The notes: a model not told the origin generated them from the sequence alone. A DNA stretch of 64,000 nt from an uncultured Thermoanaerobaculia bacterium (GCA_964552395.1 CAZKGM010000001.1:72408-136407); one strand, 5' to 3'; shown: positions 1 to 9,992, numbered from the stretch's first letter. Program-made: numbers and translations.

Positions 1-791
1 CTGGCCGAAGTGCGGAGGAGGAAGGGAGTCTTGCGCAGAAGGCCCTGGACACCATTCTCATGAACGTGGATCTGGCTCGCCAGCAGGTGGCGCCGATCTG
101 CCAGGACACGGGGACTCCGGTGGCGTGGATCCACCATCCCCTGGGTGTCAGCACGAGGGAGCTGGGCGAGGCCATGAGGGAGGCGGTGCGCCGGGCAACA
201 AGCCAGCAGGCTTTGCGGCCGAATGCAGTCGAGACGCTGACCGGAAGGAACACGGGTGACGGCGCCGGGCGCGGGATCCCGTTCCTCCACTTCGAGGAGT
301 GGGACCGGCCGGAGGTCGAGGTGCGGGCGCTCTTGAAAGGTGGCGGCAGCGAGAATGTCGGCATGCAGGCCAAGCTCCCTGACAACCGGCTGGACGCAGG
401 GCGCGACCTCGAGGGCGTGCGGCGGGTGGTACTGGACGCGGTAGTTCAGGCGCAGGGCAAAGGATGCGCCCCCGGGACTCTCGGAGTGTGCATCGGCGGA
501 GATCGAGTGTCGGCCTTTGAGGAGTCCAAGCGACAGCTGCTGAGACCGCTCCCCGACGAGAACCCGGTCGCCAAACTGGCGGAGCTGGAGGCGATCCTCC
601 TGCGACAGGCCAATGAGCTCGGCATCGGCCCCATGGGCTTCGGGGGGAAGACCACGCTGTTGGGCGTCAAGATCGGCTCTCTCGACCGCCTGCCCGCATG
701 CTACTTCGTCACCATCAGCTACATGTGCTGGGCCGACAGACGTGCGGGTGTCCGAATCTCGGAAGGAGGCGAGGCAACATGGCTGAGCTGA
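1..791 (+). CDS. Class I (Fe-S type) fumarate hydratase / hydro-lyase alpha subunit, 5'-partial (runs off window start)
   Basis: The frame of ORF 60..791 stays open back to nt 3. It carries the CQDTGTP and KGGGSENV motifs typical of Fe-S hydro-lyase alpha subunits. A beta subunit and mdh follow. Confidence 0.85.
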   Translation, partial: GRSAEEEGSLAQKALDTILMNVDLARQQVAPICQDTGTPVAWIHHPLGVSTRELGEAMREAVRRATSQQALRPNAVETLTGRNTGDGAGRGIPFLHFEEWDRPEVEVRALLKGGGSENVGMQAKLPDNRLDAGRDLEGVRRVVLDAVVQAQGKGCAPGTLGVCIGGDRVSAFEESKRQLLRPLPDENPVAKLAELEAILLRQANELGIGPMGFGGKTTLLGVKIGSLDRLPACYFVTISYMCWADRRAGVRISEGGEATWLS

Positions 792-1375
792 AGCTACCGG
801 CGGACGAGGAAACGATACGCGAGCTGACCGTTGGCGACTACGTCGAGCTGACCGGCCGCATGATCACTGGACGGGACGCAGCCCACAAGTGGTTGCTCGA
901 GGGTTTTCGCGAAGAGGTGGCACCGTTTCTCGATGGGACGATGATCTATCAGTGCGGGCCGGTCGTGCGCAAGAACGACGACGGGAGCTACGACTTCGTT
1001 GCCGCCGGGCCGACCACCTCGATCCGGGAAGAGCCCTACGAGGCCGAGGTCATTCGTCAGTACGGCCTCCGCGGCGTGATTGGCAAGGGGGGGATGGGGC
1101 CGAAGACCCTCGACGGTCTCGGTCGCTACGGTGCCGTCTACCTGCACGCTGTGGGCGGGGCGGCCCAAGTCCTGGCGGCCGCGGTAAAGAAGGTGGAGCG
1201 TGTCTTCATGCTCGAGGAGTTCGGTGTTCCGGAGGCCCTGTGGGTTATCCACGTCGAGCGGTTCCCTGTGATGGTTACCATGGACTCACACGGAGGAACT
1301 CTCCACGAGACGGTTGAACGTGAGTCCCGGGAACGTCTCGGCCGGTTGCTGAACAGTGAAACGAACCGGACATGA
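779..1375 (+). CDS. Class I fumarate hydratase / Fe-S hydro-lyase beta subunit
   Basis: Internal ATG at 779 (MAELKLPADEE...) overlaps the alpha-subunit stop (789-791). It has the LTGRMITGRDAAHKWL and GKGGMG patterns of FumA C-terminal / TtdB-type beta subunits. Confidence 0.85.
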   Translation: MAELKLPADEETIRELTVGDYVELTGRMITGRDAAHKWLLEGFREEVAPFLDGTMIYQCGPVVRKNDDGSYDFVAAGPTTSIREEPYEAEVIRQYGLRGVIGKGGMGPKTLDGLGRYGAVYLHAVGGAAQVLAAAVKKVERVFMLEEFGVPEALWVIHVERFPVMVTMDSHGGTLHETVERESRERLGRLLNSETNRT

Positions 1376-1453
1376 GTCTCCGCCGTTCGTCGTGAGCGGA
1401 GGAGGTTGTGAGCACAATCTCGTGAATCGGGAAATGAGAACTGGGAGGTCATC

Positions 1454-2389
1454 ATGAGGAACAAGATCACCGTCATCGGTGCTGGCCACGTCGGTGAGAC
1501 AGCCGCGTACAACATTGCTCGTCTCGAGCTGGGCGACGTCGTTCTGATCGACATCGTCGACGGAATGCCGCAAGGCAAGGCGCTCGACATGTTCGAGTCG
1601 TCGCCGGTCTTTCCGTTCGACTCGAAGATCACAGGCACTAGCGACTATGCCGATACCGCCGGCTCGGACATCGTCGTCATGACCGCGGGGCTGCCGCGCA
1701 AGCCGGGGATGAGCCGCGACGACCTGCTATTCAAGAACCTGTCGATCGTCAAGGACTGCATAGGTCGGATCATCAAGGGATCGCCAGAGGCGACGCTGAT
1801 CGTGATCACGAACCCGCTGGACGCCATGTGTGAAGTGGCGCGACGAGTCTCGGGTTTTCCGCGGGAGCGGGTGATCGGCATGGCCGGCATCCTGGACTCG
1901 GCGCGCATGCGCTCGTTCATCGCCATGGAGCTGGGAGTCTCGGTCGAGAACACGCACGCCTTCGTTCTCGGTGGTCATGGCGACAGCATGGTACCGCTGG
2001 CGCGCTACTCCACAGTCGCCGGAATCCCGATCACGCACCTGCTTTCGCAGGAGCGGATCGACGCCATTATCGAGCGGACGCGTAAGGGCGGGGGCGAGAT
2101 CGTCGCGCTGCTCAAGACCGGTTCGGCATACTACGCGCCTGGTCTGGCTGCGGCGCAGATGGCGGACGCGATTCTCAACGACAAGCACAAGATTCTGCCC
2201 TGCGCGGCGTACCTCGACGGCGAGTACGGCATCAGCGGTACTTACGTTGGCGTACCGATCCAACTCGGCCGCAAGGGCATGGAGAAGGTGATCGAGATCG
2301 AGCTGACAGAGGATGAGCGCTCCGCCTTGAACAAGAGCGCTGACGCGGTCAAGGAGCTCATCGAGATGTTCCCCAAGGACCTGGCCTGA
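1454..2389 (+). CDS. mdh: Malate dehydrogenase (LDH-like, NAD-dependent)
   Basis: N-terminal [10 protein letters not shown] Rossmann motif, ITNPLD and GGHGDSMVP motifs, length 311 aa. Context next to fumarate hydratase. Confidence 0.95.
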   Translation: MRNKITVIGAGHVGETAAYNIARLELGDVVLIDIVDGMPQGKALDMFESSPVFPFDSKITGTSDYADTAGSDIVVMTAGLPRKPGMSRDDLLFKNLSIVKDCIGRIIKGSPEATLIVITNPLDAMCEVARRVSGFPRERVIGMAGILDSARMRSFIAMELGVSVENTHAFVLGGHGDSMVPLARYSTVAGIPITHLLSQERIDAIIERTRKGGGEIVALLKTGSAYYAPGLAAAQMADAILNDKHKILPCAAYLDGEYGISGTYVGVPIQLGRKGMEKVIEIELTEDERSALNKSADAVKELIEMFPKDLA

Positions 2390-2396
2390 CCCGATT

Positions 2397-2421
2397 CGGG
2401 GCGGGGCTTTTCCCCGCCCCG
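2397..2421 (+). terminator. GC-rich hairpin after mdh (no U-tract)
   Basis: cggggcgggg (2397-2406) / ctttt loop / ccccgccccg (2412-2421) forms a perfect 10-bp stem 8 nt after the mdh stop. No T-run follows. Confidence 0.45.
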
Positions 2422-2546
2422 GGGTCCCATCCCACGGGCCCGAATGGGGCTTGCAGCGGCGATGCGGTGCAGGTACCGCCCGGGTGGCGAGTTGACAGCT
2501 CTCGCCGGCCGCGCGTATATTGTGGTCAGGTTGGAAGGGAGGCGAC

Positions 2547-2996
2547 ATGCGCAAAGTGTTTGTCAGCTTCTTCGTGCTGGCTTTGACCGTCGGCGTTGCC
2601 GGCGTGGCGGATGCGGGCGCTCCGGGAGCCGCTGGAGCCACCTCCGTACTGACTCATGGTGAGTTCGCCCAGCTGATGATGTCCAGGCTCGCGACCAGGC
2701 AGGCTCCGAAGCTGGAACGCGCGGACGCGCTCGAGCGTGCACAGATGCTCGGTCTGATGCCCGAGCAGTGGGCGGTTGAGTCCGTCATGACTCATGCTGA
2801 GCTCGCTCAGGTGCTCCAGGCCGCTGGGGTCGCTTACTCTCCGCGTGATGCTGAAGCGCCCCTGACCCGTGAGGTTGCCGACACGGTGGTCAGCCAGGAT
2901 GCTGACCAGCTTCGTTCGTATGTTGGAAGGACGATCGGCCGTGCCAGGTCGATCCAGGCGCCAGTAACCCACACGATCAGCGTCTCCGAGTTCTGA
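2547..2996 (+). CDS. Secreted hypothetical protein with two SLH-like short repeats
   Basis: ATG at 2547 is preceded by ggaagggagg. Signal-peptide-like MRKVFVSFFVLALTVGVAGVADA. Two similar segments (LTHGEFAQLM / MTHAELAQVL). A strong terminator lies downstream. Confidence 0.6.
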   Translation: MRKVFVSFFVLALTVGVAGVADAGAPGAAGATSVLTHGEFAQLMMSRLATRQAPKLERADALERAQMLGLMPEQWAVESVMTHAELAQVLQAAGVAYSPRDAEAPLTREVADTVVSQDADQLRSYVGRTIGRARSIQAPVTHTISVSEF

Positions 2997-3023
2997 CCTT
3001 CGACGAGTGACACAGCAACTTGG

Positions 3024-3059
3024 CGGCCGCCGGAGACCCGGCGGCCGTTGTTCTTTTTT
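3024..3059 (+). terminator. Rho-independent terminator
   Basis: cggccgccgg (3024-3033) / agac / ccggcggccg (3038-3047) forms a perfect 10-bp stem, followed by ttgttctttttt. Confidence 0.75.
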
Positions 3060-3262
3060 CAGGGCTTCACCAGTGCCTTGCGGAGATCGTCGAGCACCGG
3101 CGTCAGGTCCTCGATCCCCTTGTCGGCAGCGAGCTCGCGGAGTGTTCCCCAGAACGGTTCGCCACAGCGGATGCAAATGATCCCGTACCGCGCCAAGATC
3201 CTGACGCTCTCGGGCGACTCGGCCACCAGCTCCTCGATGCGGATGTTCGGGGTGATCTCCAT
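3059..3262 (-). CDS. DUF1858 / hybrid-cluster-protein-associated redox disulfide family small protein
   Basis: 67 aa. N-terminal ITPNIRIEELVAESPESVRILARYG and CIRCG motifs match my recollection of the DUF1858 family. Confidence 0.7.
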   Translation of the reverse strand: MEITPNIRIEELVAESPESVRILARYGIICIRCGEPFWGTLRELAADKGIEDLTPVLDDLRKALVKP

Positions 3263-3466
3263 GTCAACGCCTCCGACCAGAGTGTACAGCCAGGTGTAAC
3301 AACTGTCAGCGTCTCTCGTGCCGGCTCCTTTTGCCGGGGTGGAGGCCGAGTGGCGGCTGGCACCGGGAGGTGAATCACGCTAGACTGCGGCTCGCGGCCG
3401 GCCTCCTCGAGCCGGCAGCGGCGACAACTCTCGCCGAGCAGCAGAAGGGCCTCTGAGGAGGAGATC

Positions 3467-4249
3467 ATGGGCTTCGATAACCTCAAGGTCGCGACCCACG
3501 ATGGCGTGCAGTGGATCACGATCGACCGTCCGGAGAAGCTGAACGCTCTCAACATGGCTACGCTTGCGGAGCTCGATGCGGCGGTGGCCGCATCGGCGAG
3601 CGACAATGCTGTTCTTGCCGTGGTGCTCACCGGCAGCGGCGACAAGGCTTTTGTCGCGGGTGCCGACATCGCCGAGCTCAACGTTCTCGGGCCGGAGGCC
3701 GCGAAGGAGTATGCTCTTCGCGGGCAGGCAGTGTTCAACCGGATCGAGTGCTCGACCAAGCCGATGATCGCTGCGGTCAACGGCTATGCCCTTGGCGGTG
3801 GCTGCGAGCTGGCCATGGCGTGCCATCTGCGGCTTGCCAGCTCCAACGCCGTCTTCGGTCAGCCGGAGGTCAAGCTCGGGCTGATTCCCGGCTTTGCCGG
3901 TACCCAGCGGTTGCCACGGCTGGTTGGCAAGGGGCGTGCTCTCGAGATCCTGCTCAGCGGACGCAACGTCAAGGCAGGTGAGGCCGAACGGATTGGACTT
4001 GTCAACCGTGTCGTCGAGCCGCTCGAGCTGACTCAGGCGGTGCAGGAGCTCGTCGCGGCCATTCTCCGCAACGGCCCGGTTGCGGTGGGACACTGCGTTG
4101 AAGCGGTACAGCATGGCGTGGAAATGTCGTTCGACGATGGCTGTCTCCTCGAGGCTACCCTGTTCGGGCTCTGCGCCGCTGGGGAGGAGATGCAGGAGGG
4201 CACGGCCGCCTTCCTCGAAAAGCGGCAGCCGCGGTTCAGGAGGTCCTGA
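3467..4249 (+). CDS. Enoyl-CoA hydratase/isomerase (crotonase) family protein
   Basis: Crotonase pattern: ITIDRPEKLNAL, FVAGADI, AAVNGYALGGGCELAMACH, EGTAAFLEKR. Confidence 0.92.
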   Translation: MGFDNLKVATHDGVQWITIDRPEKLNALNMATLAELDAAVAASASDNAVLAVVLTGSGDKAFVAGADIAELNVLGPEAAKEYALRGQAVFNRIECSTKPMIAAVNGYALGGGCELAMACHLRLASSNAVFGQPEVKLGLIPGFAGTQRLPRLVGKGRALEILLSGRNVKAGEAERIGLVNRVVEPLELTQAVQELVAAILRNGPVAVGHCVEAVQHGVEMSFDDGCLLEATLFGLCAAGEEMQEGTAAFLEKRQPRFRRS

Positions 4250-4251
4250 GA

Positions 4252-4926
4252 ATGGTCCGTGCACTGGTTGGATTGTTTGCCAAGAGCCCGTTCAAACCGC
4301 TCCAGGTTCACATGGACAAGGTCATGGCCTGCGTCAACCTGGTGCCGGACCTGGTTGGCGCTCTCGTCGACGGTGATGACGAACGGTTGGCCCAGATCCG
4401 CAAGGAGATCACCCGCACCGAGCACGAGGCCGACCTTGTCAAAAACCAGCTGCGGGACAACCTCCCAAGGACCCTGTTCTTGCCGGTCTCGCGTGCCGAC
4501 CTGTTGCAGCTGATTCACCATCAGGACGATATCGCCGATGGTGCGGAGGATGCTGCGATCCTCTGTGGCATGAAGCACCTGACGGTTCCGTCCGGGCTCA
4601 AAGACGATGTCCTGCGGTTCGCGGAGCTCTGCGTGGGAGCCGCTCGCTCCGCCGAGGAGCTGGTCGCCAAGCTCGATGAGCTTCTGGAGACCGGATTCGC
4701 CGGACCGGATGCCGCGGAGGTCACGCAGCTCGTCGATCGGATAGGCCAGCAGGAGTGGGAGGCGGACAAGGGAGCGTTCAAACTTCTCAAGGCGTTCTTC
4801 CGGTCGGATCAGATGGCCTCCTGCAGCGACATTGTGCTGTGGATGAAGCTGTGCGAGGCTCTCGGCGATATCGCCAATGCCGCCGAGCAGGTCGCCAACC
4901 ACCTGCGGCTCATGCTCGCTCGCTAG
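4252..4926 (+). CDS. DUF47 (TIGR00153, PhoU-like) phosphate-transport accessory protein
   Basis: N-terminus LFAKSPFKPLQVHMDKV plus helical PhoU-like repeats. AGGAGG RBS. Sits immediately upstream of a PiT transporter, the usual pairing. Confidence 0.8.
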   Translation: MVRALVGLFAKSPFKPLQVHMDKVMACVNLVPDLVGALVDGDDERLAQIRKEITRTEHEADLVKNQLRDNLPRTLFLPVSRADLLQLIHHQDDIADGAEDAAILCGMKHLTVPSGLKDDVLRFAELCVGAARSAEELVAKLDELLETGFAGPDAAEVTQLVDRIGQQEWEADKGAFKLLKAFFRSDQMASCSDIVLWMKLCEALGDIANAAEQVANHLRLMLAR

Positions 4927-4935
4927 GGCTTGGCC

Positions 4936-6171
4936 ATGGGCGCCTTTCTCCTGGTCGTGGCCATTGCTGCAGGCTTCTACATGGCCTGGAACATCGGTGC
5001 CAACGACGTGGCGAACGCCTTCGGAACCAGTGTCGGCTCGCGAGCCCTCACGTTCCGCCAGGCGGTTGTCGTAGCGGCGGTATTCGAGTTCCTCGGCGCC
5101 GTGCTGGTCGGCGCGCACGTCACTGGCACGATCCGCTCCGGGCTGTTCGACCCGACCCTTCTCGCTGGGAGGGAGCACACGCTGGCCCTCGGGATGCTCG
5201 CGGCCCTGATCGGGGCCGGAATCTGGCTGCAGATTGCCACGCACATGGGGTATCCAGTGTCGACGACGCACTCCATCGTCGGCGCCATCGTCGGCTTCGC
5301 TCTGGTGGTCCTGCCAAGCGATGCCATCAACTGGGGTCAGGTCGCGAAGGTCGTAGCCTCTTGGATTGTCTCTCCGGTGGTCGGAGCTCTACTTGGATGG
5401 GCGATCTTCCTCGTCTTGAAGAAGCTGATCTTCAACCGGCCCGATCCGCTGGCCCGATCCCGGAAAGTCGCCCCGTTCCTTCTGTTCTCCGTTTTCTTCG
5501 TGCTGTGCCTGAGCTTCCTGTACAAGGGGCTGAAGCAGCTCCACCTCGACTTCTCTCCGTTGCATGCGGTCATGATCGCCGCGGCGGTCGGTTTCGTTGC
5601 CTGGCTCGTGGGATGGGCTCTGATCCGGGGGAATGCCCGCGACATGCCATACTCGAAGAACCTGGGCCAGGTGGAGGAGCTCTTCCGGCACCTCCAGATC
5701 ATCACAGCGTGCACGGTTGCGTTCGCCCACGGCGCGAATGACGTGGCCAACGCGGTCGGCCCGATGGCCGCCGTGGTCTCGATCATCCAGAGTGGTGCAA
5801 TCCTGCCTTCAGTGGAAGTGCCATTGTGGATCCTGGCACTGGGCGGCGTAGGCATCGTGATCGGCCTTGCGACGTTCGGCTACAGGGTGATCGAAACCGT
5901 CGGCAAGAAGATCACCGAGATGAACCCGTCCCGCGGTTTCTCCGCCGAGTTTGGGGGTGCGGTCACTGTTCTTTTTGCCTCGCGTCTCGGCCTGCCGGTG
6001 TCGACTACCCATGTCATCGTCGGCGCCGTGATCGGCGTCGGTTTCGCGCGCGGCATGGCCGCCCTCGACCTCAGGGTCATCCGCGAGATTGCAATCACGT
6101 GGATCGTGACGGTACCCGCTGCTGGGGTGGTGACCGTCCTTTGTTTCTACCTGCTCCGCGTGGTGCTATAG
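4936..6171 (+). CDS. pit: Inorganic phosphate transporter, PiT family
   Basis: Duplicated GANDVANA signature (NIGANDVANAFGTSVGS and HGANDVANAVGP) in a polytopic membrane protein. A TTG at 4930 is an alternative start. Confidence 0.93.
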   Translation: MGAFLLVVAIAAGFYMAWNIGANDVANAFGTSVGSRALTFRQAVVVAAVFEFLGAVLVGAHVTGTIRSGLFDPTLLAGREHTLALGMLAALIGAGIWLQIATHMGYPVSTTHSIVGAIVGFALVVLPSDAINWGQVAKVVASWIVSPVVGALLGWAIFLVLKKLIFNRPDPLARSRKVAPFLLFSVFFVLCLSFLYKGLKQLHLDFSPLHAVMIAAAVGFVAWLVGWALIRGNARDMPYSKNLGQVEELFRHLQIITACTVAFAHGANDVANAVGPMAAVVSIIQSGAILPSVEVPLWILALGGVGIVIGLATFGYRVIETVGKKITEMNPSRGFSAEFGGAVTVLFASRLGLPVSTTHVIVGAVIGVGFARGMAALDLRVIREIAITWIVTVPAAGVVTVLCFYLLRVVL

Positions 6172-6416
6172 GGACCCGCGCCGCATTGCCCGCCTCTGGA
6201 GCCGGGTCACGGCTGCGGGAGTTTCTGAAGGGCCGCGCGGCACGCCCTTCTTCGAGGACTTGCTGGGCGCGTCAATGGGAGCCGCGGGGGTGAGGCCTAC
6301 CGCCGCCTCACACGCTGGTAACATCCGAACAGGACCGTCCTGGGCGCAGTCTCTTGCCTGAAGCGTGTGGTGTACGCTAGATTCTTGACAGAAACGCGAG
6401 ATGAGGAGGTCCCGTA

Positions 6417-6890
6417 GTGGGCGGAGACGACGGCCCGAAGAAGATCAAGGTCGTTGACCGGCGTTGGTTCACCGATAACGGCCAGCCTCGCGAGGGCCTG
6501 GGTGGCTCGAGGTCTGCTCCCGCAAGTGCTGACTCGGTCGAAGCGGCTGGGGCTGTGAGCGGCGCGACATCGGAAGCGACTGCGCCCCGGAGCGATGCTG
6601 GTGGGTCGGCGGCGCCGACTCCTGACGAGCTCCGTCCGGACTCGGAGAGCCGCAGATTGCCGAAGGACCTCACCATCGTGCACCTGATCGACTTTCTCGC
6701 GCAGCAGGCGGTGATCCTCATGTCGGGTGCGCATGGCGTTACGAAGGATCCGGACCAGGCCCGAGTCTTCGTCGACTTTCTGGGAGTACTGGAGGCTACA
6801 ACGCGAGGGAACCTCACTCCTGACGAGGCAGGGCTACTGTCGGATGTCCTCTTCCAGCTGCGGACGCTTTACGTCCAGTCGAGCCAATGA
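6417..6890 (+). CDS. DUF1844 domain-containing protein
   Basis: GTG start with gaggagg RBS 7 nt upstream. The C-terminal half (FLAQQAVILMSG ... TRGNLTPDEAGLLSDVLFQLRTLYV) matches the DUF1844 pattern as I recall it. Confidence 0.7.
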   Translation: MGGDDGPKKIKVVDRRWFTDNGQPREGLGGSRSAPASADSVEAAGAVSGATSEATAPRSDAGGSAAPTPDELRPDSESRRLPKDLTIVHLIDFLAQQAVILMSGAHGVTKDPDQARVFVDFLGVLEATTRGNLTPDEAGLLSDVLFQLRTLYVQSSQ

Positions 6891-8698
6891 GGTTAGTGTC
6901 TCGCCTCGTGCTGTTGGCCGTGTTGGTGGCCGTTCCCGCCAGCGCGTCAATGACCCTGAGCGACTCTTGGGTGCGGGTGCAGCAGGCGCTGGCGGCGAAG
7001 GACAAGGCGGCACTGGTAGAAAGCGTCCGGGAGCTCAAGGCCGTTGCGCATGAGACCGATGCGCGACGCTTGACCCCGTACGCTCGCGCATTGGTTGCCT
7101 GGGCCCGGTCCCACCCTGGCGCGACAGGCGATGCTGCGGTGCTCCAGGCCAGAGAGCTGGACCACTGGCTGGCATCGGCGAGTTTCCTCCAGGCTAGGCT
7201 GGAATGGACGCGAGGATCCTACCTGAAGGCGGCCCGCCACTACCTGGCTGGATGGGTCTCGGTGTTTCGCGATGGCCTGACGCGGCGACGGTTTCTGGTT
7301 TCGTCCGGACCATGGCTCCTGCTGTCTCTCGGGGCGGCGTTGTTGGTCGGGATCATCTTACAGGGCCTCCGATTCATGCCTCATATCGGCCATGATGCAC
7401 TTGAGCTCGGACAGCTGCTGTTCAGCCGACCGAACGCGCTCGTGTTTGCGGTAGTTGTTCTGCTGCTGCCCCTGTTCGGGGGCTTGGGACCCATTTGGCT
7501 TGCTGGCTGGCTCTTCGCTCTCAGCCTTCCCTATGTCACGCCGGCGCGTCGCCGCAGTTCGGTTGTCTTCTGGCTGCTACTGGTCGCCGTGGTGCCTGCG
7601 CTCGAGCTGTGGCAAGCCGTTGGTGTTCGACGGACACCGATCATGGAGAGAGCGGCGGTCATGCTCGAAGAACGTCAGGTGGATCTAACAGGACTGCAGG
7701 AGTTTGCCGACCTCGAGCCGCACCTCGACCGTTCGGAGTCCTACCACCTCGTGTTGGGCGCGCTCCTCTATCTTCACAGCGATACTCTGAGCGCCAGAAT
7801 CGAGTTCCAGAGGGCGGCGATCATAGCGGACAAGGACCCGCGGCCGCTTGTGTTTCTCGGCAGCCTGGCGTACCGAGACGGGAATTTCCCGGAGGCAGTA
7901 CAGGACTACAGCTCGGCACTGGACCTGGACTCCGGCTATATTCTTGCCTACTACGACCTGTCCTTCGCCTATGACCAGGCGTACCGCTTTCGGGAGGCGG
8001 ACGGGATGCGAGGCCGCGCGCGCCGTCTGGGGAGTGATGAGCTGCTGCGGAAGATGGGCCGGGCCGGCTCGTCCACGGTCGTGGATCCACCGGTAGGGCG
8101 GGAGCAGGTTGCCCAGATCCGTCGCGAGGTGCCTCCTCTGGAGTGGAGCGCGGCCGGGCTGACCCCGCCACGCCTCGAGCCGGTTCGGTGGTTCCTCAAA
8201 CCGTTCCCACTCTCTCTCCTGACGACCGGTCTGATCGGTTTCGTGGTTTACCCGATTCGAAAGCGATGGCTGTGGACGTCGCGATCGTGCTCGAGGTGTG
8301 GCAAGGTCTTCTGCCGCAGGTGCAAGAGCGCGACCGAGAGCGATGCGTACTGCAGCCAGTGCATATCAGTGTTTCTGAAGCGTGACGTGGTCGCCATCGA
8401 TGCACAGGCGACCAAGCTCGACCAGATTCGTCGCTGGGAGAGACGCTCGACGCTGGCTCGAAGAGGGCTGGCGATTCTCGTTCCAGGGGGGGGCCTGGTG
8501 TTTGCCGGGCAGTGGGCCAGTGGGATCGCTTTCACTTTTGTAGCAGCTGTGAGCGCCTTGGGACTGCTGGTATGGCTCCCCGACTTCGTACGGGAGATCG
8601 AGCCACAGATGGCTGTCGTGCCGCTCCAGGCGGCGTTCATTGTTGGGCTGGCCGCGGCGTGGCTCGGCTCGATCGTTCGGGCCTGGAACAGGTGGTAG
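6887..8698 (+). CDS. TPR-repeat membrane protein with C-terminal zinc-ribbon
   Basis: Signal/TM N-terminus, several TM segments and TPR-like repeats (aa ~300-380). CSRCGKVFCRRC...YCSQC zinc ribbon followed by 2 TM segments. 4-nt overlap with the upstream gene. Confidence 0.7.
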   Translation: MRLVSRLVLLAVLVAVPASASMTLSDSWVRVQQALAAKDKAALVESVRELKAVAHETDARRLTPYARALVAWARSHPGATGDAAVLQARELDHWLASASFLQARLEWTRGSYLKAARHYLAGWVSVFRDGLTRRRFLVSSGPWLLLSLGAALLVGIILQGLRFMPHIGHDALELGQLLFSRPNALVFAVVVLLLPLFGGLGPIWLAGWLFALSLPYVTPARRRSSVVFWLLLVAVVPALELWQAVGVRRTPIMERAAVMLEERQVDLTGLQEFADLEPHLDRSESYHLVLGALLYLHSDTLSARIEFQRAAIIADKDPRPLVFLGSLAYRDGNFPEAVQDYSSALDLDSGYILAYYDLSFAYDQAYRFREADGMRGRARRLGSDELLRKMGRAGSSTVVDPPVGREQVAQIRREVPPLEWSAAGLTPPRLEPVRWFLKPFPLSLLTTGLIGFVVYPIRKRWLWTSRSCSRCGKVFCRRCKSATESDAYCSQCISVFLKRDVVAIDAQATKLDQIRRWERRSTLARRGLAILVPGGGLVFAGQWASGIAFTFVAAVSALGLLVWLPDFVREIEPQMAVVPLQAAFIVGLAAAWLGSIVRAWNRW

Positions 8699-8699
8699 C

Positions 8700-9989
8700 A
8701 TGGCGCTGGAAGGGACCCTCCGCGACTTCAGCTTTGCCGATATCCTGCAATTGATCTCTCTGCAGCGTAAAACGGGCGTCCTGACCCTCAAGAACGAGGG
8801 GAATGTAGTAACGATCTCCTTCATGGATGGCAAGATCGTTGCTGCGAGCGCGCTAAACCAGCAGTCGGAAGATCGTCTCGGTATTATTCTGCTCAAGCAG
8901 GGCGCGCTGAACGAAACCGAGCTCGAGGCGGCACTGAGGAGGCAGGAAGAGACGCTGCAGCGGCTCGGTAGGATTCTCATTGACCATAACATCGTGCCGA
9001 TCGACGTCGTGCGTCGTGCGCTCGAGCAGCAGATCCTGCAGATCGTCTATCGAGTCTTCCGTTGGACGGATGGGGACTACCAGTTCTCGCAGGAGACGGA
9101 GATCGACTACGACCGTGACCTGATGCTCCCTATGGCGGTGGACTCCATCATCATGGAGGGGGCGCGGATGACGGACGAATGGCCGTTCATCGACCAGCGA
9201 ATCCCCAATCGCAATGCGGTCTACAGGAAGGTGGATCCCTCCCGAACCCTAGAAGTGGTCGAGGAAGAGCACGAGTTGGAAGGGCTGGGCTTCACCTTTG
9301 CCGACACTCCGGACGACGCCTTGAAGAAGGCCGCCGGCGGGCGTCGTGTCTCCGAGAACCAGATGACGGCGTACCGGCTCGTGAACGGTCAAGACTCGGT
9401 CGAGGAAATCGTTCTCCGTAGCAATCTCCTGGAGTTTGAGACCTTCAAGGCTCTGGCCGAGCTGCTCGATCGCGGTCTGATTCGCGAGGCGACGCCGGAG
9501 GAGGTTGTCGGCGAGCTGAGCCGGGAGCAGACGCCTGCGCGACGACCAGGCATTCCTTGGGGCTCGGTTCCGTGGCTGGCGCTGCCGTTCCTCGTGCTCC
9601 TGGGGCTGTCGCTGTCGATGATGCTTCAAAACCCCTTGAATCCGGTGTTCGCCGGATCGACCGGTGTTTGGGAGCGCTTTGTCGAGAGCACCTCGTCGTG
9701 GTTCCGGTTGGAACATCTCGCGGATGAGGTGGAGGGCGTTTACTACCTCCGCGGAACGTATCCCAGGAGTATGCAGGACCTGATCGCCTCAGCTGCCGTT
9801 ACCCCCGCCGATACGATCGACCCGTGGGGACGCCCTTACCGGCTGATGATGCGCGGCAACGAGTTTCTCCTGACCGGGTCGGACGCGGCGGGCCAGCCGC
9901 TGCCACTCCTGCTCCTATCCCGTGACCTGGTCTGGGAGAGGGTCGACGACGAGGCCAGCGGACGTCCAGGGCTGGTACTCGTCGAATAG
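8700..9989 (+). CDS. DUF4388 (PATAN)-domain protein with TM segment and C-terminal GspG-like pseudopilin globular domain
   Basis: ATG at 8700, 2 nt after the upstream stop. N-terminus LEGTLRDFSFADILQLISLQRKTGVLTL is the DUF4388 signature. TM at WLALPFLVLLGLSLSMML. C-terminus YYLRGTYPRSMQDL...DPWGRPYRL...LTGSDAAGQP resembles T2SS GspG. Confidence 0.75.
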   Translation: MALEGTLRDFSFADILQLISLQRKTGVLTLKNEGNVVTISFMDGKIVAASALNQQSEDRLGIILLKQGALNETELEAALRRQEETLQRLGRILIDHNIVPIDVVRRALEQQILQIVYRVFRWTDGDYQFSQETEIDYDRDLMLPMAVDSIIMEGARMTDEWPFIDQRIPNRNAVYRKVDPSRTLEVVEEEHELEGLGFTFADTPDDALKKAAGGRRVSENQMTAYRLVNGQDSVEEIVLRSNLLEFETFKALAELLDRGLIREATPEEVVGELSREQTPARRPGIPWGSVPWLALPFLVLLGLSLSMMLQNPLNPVFAGSTGVWERFVESTSSWFRLEHLADEVEGVYYLRGTYPRSMQDLIASAAVTPADTIDPWGRPYRLMMRGNEFLLTGSDAAGQPLPLLLLSRDLVWERVDDEASGRPGLVLVE

Positions 9990-9992
9990 AAC

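Noticed and set aside
4033-5271. 412-aa minus-strand ORF (and similar long ORFs 14734..16200 +, 32408..34018 -, 29834..30937 -, 19699..20565 -, 35316..36185 -, 1727..2641 -)
   Set aside because: All are antisense shadows of genes with clear family signatures (DUF47/PiT, helicase, MgtC, CNNM/era, ClpX-like, cytochrome b, mdh). Their products are Arg/Pro/Gly-rich with no motifs.
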